The position numbers were made by a program, and so were the translations under genes. DNA of 64,000 nucleotides, taken from NCBI RefSeq assembly GCF_009914755.1, contig NC_060929.1, one strand, 5' to 3'. The DNA comes from the human T2T-CHM13v2.0 reference genome, Homo sapiens. Of the stretch, positions 58,969 through 64,000 are shown piece by piece. Within the stretch, counting starts at the first letter, position 1; each line of letters begins with the position of its first letter. Under the pieces are notes generated by a model, which saw nothing but the letters and a program-made list of their open reading frames with translations, did not search any database and was not told where the DNA came from.

Positions 58969-61900
58969 TGCATGATGTACATGTGTATATATTATCTCAT
59001 TTCATCTGCAAAATCTCAACAAATAGTTGAGAACAAAGAGTTAGCCTGTCTTACAGATGTGGAAACCAGATCTCAGAGAGCTTATGTGGCTCACTTAAGG
59101 TTATCTGGAAGTCTATGGTATCAGAGAGAAAGCCTCAGGAGGAAAATATTAAAACCCAGTGTAGGAGAGGGTTGGGGTGTGACAGGGAGGCAGGTTTCAG
59201 AGCAACATGACAAAGAATGTGGAGCAAGCAAGAAACTAAAAATCCTTGAGAACCTGTGGTCAGAAGGCTCCAGGTCTAAAACACCAGGTGGGAGAGTCAT
59301 TTCCCTCACGCAACAGCAGTGTGTTAATTCACACAGCACCTTCATCTGCTTTATCTCATTTAAAAACAATCATCTTTTTAGATAGACAACATCATCATTC
59401 TACAGAGAGAGAATCAAAGGCTTGAGAAAATCCTAACCAAGCTCACACAGTCTGTAGGTGAGACTGGAATATGAAGCAAGCTGGATTTCAGAATCTTTGT
59501 TCTTTCTGATACACAACTGTATTATTTACAATATCGCCTAGAAATGTTTGCATAGAAGCCTGCCTCTACTCTTGGTTCACCCTCTGTTTGTCACAGGGCC
59601 TCAGGAGCCACCATTCTGCATGTCAGTGCACCCTCTCAATGCTCATTCAACTCTGACATTCCAGGACTCTTTCGATTTTGTGAAAAGCAGCTTGTTTTTT
59701 TGATCTTCAAGAGCTTCAGATGAAAATAAAATGATGTCTAGAGTAGCTCACCTTTCAGTAGATCCATGGATAGGTGCCAAAACCAGGCGCTGGATAAAAA
59801 GAAAGCAGAGCAGGGAGAAAAAGGGCTCAGAGCAGGAGTGAACACCCATTCATTCAGCAGAGGGCTGTGAGTCCCTCCGCAGGTTGCGGGTACTCTGAGG
59901 ACAGACCGACGCACCCTGCCCTCCCGGATTCCCAGACGCAAACGCCTCCTCCTCCCTCACCAATTTGCAGAGTGTTGGCCATGGAGGAGGAGAGCACAGA
60001 AGGGCACTTCCTCCCTTGGGTCCTGATGGTCAAATGAGTGGGCCACGTTCAAGCTCTGAGAATCTCAGCAGCTGCTGTGGGCTCCACCACTCTCAACCAC
60101 TGGAGAGGGGCCAAGGGGGCCAAGGTACCTGCCAAGGGCTCACCTGCTGCCACTGCCCTGGAGAGTCCTGCCCACTCTTAACCACAAGCTCTACCTGTTA
60201 CTACTTGTCACCCTCCCAAATCCAGCTGTGAGTGGACCTTTCCTGGGTGACCACCCCCGCCAGCATCCAACCTTTCCCCCCGATCCCCACAGCTGGAAAT
60301 GAGCTTTCCCTTCTCCGTGGTTGCATCCTCCCTTTGTCCTCTCCCCCTTCCCTGTGTCTTCATCTGATCCACCCAAACAGATCCCAGTCCAAGAGTAGGT
60401 TCTGATTCCCTCAGGGATCCCTCCAGGGTCTAGCACCTTGTAGGTGCTAATAACAGTTTCTAAAACAATGAGTGAGTCATTGAGTGAGTGAGGGAAGTCA
60501 AGCAAGGACAAGCTCCATGGTCCTGATGCTGTAAAAGCAGCTGGTTGGTGACAGGCCATCCAAGCCACAGCATGTGGGTAGTTTGGGTCAGTCAGACTTG
60601 TCTACCTGAGACATCACCAGCAGGCAAGCCCACCAAATGCCAGTGAAGGAGAGCCAGATATCCATCCTCAGGGAGCCCTAAAAACACCGAGCAATTGTGG
60701 GCAATGGTGACTTCGTTATCTAATGGGTTCAGATAGTGCTTTCTCAAAGAAACTTTCATGAAAAAGGAACTAATTTTGAGAAGTGATCTGCAAGAACAGG
60801 GCCTGTGGTGAAATTTGTGTGGTGAATACAATTCTCTCCTTCTTATAGGCCCAGTGCCCCCAGCATCTTAACGCTCTGTGAGGTCATGGTGCAAGGCAAC
60901 TGTTTAACTTCGAGTTTCTCACACTTACTTGACAGCTTCATTTTTCTTTAATAAAACCTATTTAACATCTCAAGAAACTAGTGTTCCAGTGGTCACAATC
61001 AGAAAATGGGAGGGAGCTGGCTTTTCAGACATTTTAGCTCTAAAGGAGGTAATTTATGATGATCTGGGAAGCCTTCCCTTCCTTCTTTTCCTCAGCTATC
61101 CTTCTGCCAGAAAAAATAAATAAATAAATAATGAAATAAAAATAAACCTATACTTTATAGGAATTACAGCCTTAAAGTAAAAGGACAAAATTACAATGGC
61201 AGATTTTGAGGCTCTGGCCAGCGACATGGGAAGGCAGAAGAACAGGGCCGTGAAATCTTTGTCCTCTGTCATTTACTGAAGATCTAACCTTCAGCAAGTT
61301 TCTTAACTTTTCTGGGCCCTAGGTCCCTGTTCTGTGAACGGATCAAATGAATTACTAAGTAACAAGTGCTTAGACCAGCACCTGAAAGATTCATAGCATC
61401 CAAATAAACTTCCATATTGTTAATGGCCTTTATTATCTGAAAAGATGTGAATTTAGTGATTTTTCCACGCACATGGTAACTTGAGGATCTCATGACTTAG
61501 TAATACAGTCCTTTATGTACATAATTGTGGAGCAAAATGGACAAAGGACAGAAGAGAGACAGTAGGCACTAGGAAAGTTTACAAAGGGAAGGACTCGTGT
61601 GTGCCTCAGGTTCACTGGGAGTGGGAAGGTTAGCTGGGTCAAGCATGAGCAGAGAGGAAAGTAAGTGCAGTCCTGGGGCAGGAAAAGCATCAGTCAGCAA
61701 AGGCCTGCAGGTGCCAATGAGCACAGCCCAAGCCTAATTAACTCTGCTCCATGTGAGCAGAGAGTTTGTTCCAAGAAGATTGCTGTTGACAAGACACCAA
61801 ACCAACCACTGGGAGTTGGCGGCTTTGTTGATGTTTGGCTGAGGAATAGAGTCATCTCCAGGTCCTGGAGATAACGAGAAGTGACAGACGATCTGTTGAG

Positions 61901-62149
61901 CAGAATGGAGCATTTGCTTCCCCAGCTTGCAACATTTGCTTCCCTGCTGTATCTGTGAGGGCCCCTCCTCAAAGTCCCTCCAAGGCTGGGTTGGTTGAGA
62001 ACCATGTCTTTGCAAGAAAAAGAAACCTACTGAGGCCCGTTCAAGAGTCAGAGTTTCTTGGGAAGATTTGGGGGTGTCTTGGAGAAGGCAAAAGCAAGAA
62101 GGTCAGCTGGGCCTTGGGAAAAACTGGAAAAACACCTAGTGCCAGGGCA

Positions 62150-62525
62150 GGCGCTCTGTCTCTGTCTCTCTGACTTTTTCTCTTTCATTATCTCTTTCTC
62201 TCTGAATCAATCTGGATTCTCTATTCCAGTCTCTCTCTCCCTGTGTGTCTGAGCTTATATTTCTTTGTCTCTCTCCATCTCTTTGTGAATGTGTTTTCCC
62301 TTTTTGCCTCCTCCCCCCATCTTTACTCAGTCTCTTGCTTCCTGTGTGTCTCTCTCTTCCTCCTCTCTTGTGTGTGTGTATCTGTGTTTCTGTGTGTCTC
62401 GCTCGGTGTCTTTCTCTCTGTTTCCCTGTCTCTGTGTGTGTGTCTCTGTGTCTTTCTCCCTGTTGAATGTATGTGATTTTCTCCCTGTCTCTCCCCATCT
62501 CCTCTCTCCATCCTCACCCTTTCTG
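62150..62525. repeat. CT/GT-rich low-complexity tract
   Basis: About 375 bp of degenerate (TC)n/(TG)n with very few A. Confidence 0.9.
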
Positions 62526-62946
62526 TCACCACCTCAACCCTCGAGGTGGTGAGAGAAAGAAAATTACCACCTCAACCCTGGAGTCTACTTGACCTCTTAG
62601 TTCCAACGCCCAGTGATAACTCCCTTTCAAGATGACCATTCCTGGTCTAACAGTTTCAGCCAAGGAGAGTCACCAAGATAGCTTCAGGGGTCCATTCCTT
62701 CATCTAAGAAGGGGTCTGGGATGGACACTCACCCTAAAGTGTGGCTCCTACAGCAGGACAGAACTGCATGGTGAAAAGAGTACTCAATTCGAAGTCAGGT
62801 GATTAGGTCTCCTATTAGCACTGTGTGGTCTGAGGCCAGGAACTACCCTGCTGTGTCTAAAATATTCCAGCTAGAAAATGAGGAATTGGATAAGGTACCC
62901 TGTTACAAATACTTCTAGCCCCCCAAATTCTATGATATTCTACTTA

Positions 62947-63582
<636 letters not shown>

Positions 63583-63809
63583 TTAGAGCTGCCTTACTAG
63601 GAACTGGGCTTTCTGTGGAGGGCAGTCTTCTCCCTGCCTTTGAGGGCACACAAGAAAGGCAGGGCTACCCTTCTCATTCTCTATTTCTCTAGCACTCTGA
63701 AGTTCTAACAGAAACAAGACTGCACTGGGAGCTGAAGATCCAAGTGGGGAAAGGTTTCAATGTCTACCTCTTTCTCTGGGCTTCACTCTTTAAACTAGAG
63801 GCCATACAC

Positions 63810-64000
63810 ATCAGAGAAATGCAAATCAAAACCACAATGAGATACCATCTCACACCCGTTAGAATGGCAATCATTAAAAAGTCAGGAAACAACAGGTGCT
63901 GGAGAGGATGTGGAGAAATAGGAACACTTTTACACTGTTGGTGGGACTGTAAACTAGTTCAACCATTGTGGAAGTCAGTGTGGTGATTCCTCAGGGATCT
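63810..64000 (+). mobile_element. Young L1PA, 5'-truncated ORF2 C-terminal part that continues beyond the window
   Basis: [58 protein letters not shown] is near L1PA consensus. Confidence 0.95.

Noticed and set aside
62136-62552. Overlapping ORFs on both strands
   Set aside because: Artefacts of CT/GT low-complexity sequence.

Overview
Primate (very likely human or great ape) genomic DNA, intergenic or intronic and dominated by transposable elements. The Alu, L1PA/L1PB/L1MA, THE1A, MER50, MER4B, LTR10, MER21, MLT1/MLT2, MIR, L2 and Tigger/hAT families are all recognisable by eye. No intact protein-coding gene, RNA gene or CRISPR array is supported, and almost every ORF in the track comes from a repeat. 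The first ~43 kb is AT-rich and full of L1 and LTR elements; the last ~21 kb is more GC-rich with MIR/L2/MLT1 and more unique sequence. I did not find a well-supported new biological system. The most notable observations are: (1) a local duplication of a full THE1A provirus plus left flank, where one copy appears to be a recombinant with a mismatched TSD; (2) a 1-kb mini-L1PA with both ends, a 14-bp TSD and ~5 kb deleted through a templated junction, with an inverted copy of its 5' end 480 bp upstream; (3) several other templated-insertion scars; (4) an LTR10 solo LTR carrying a near-perfect p53 element; (5) a repeat-free, exon-like 93-codon frame at 28834-29112 that weakly resembles the Occludin/ELL domain and overlaps a minus-strand exon with strong splice sites. 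Subfamily names are assigned from remembered consensus sequences, not from a RepeatMasker run.
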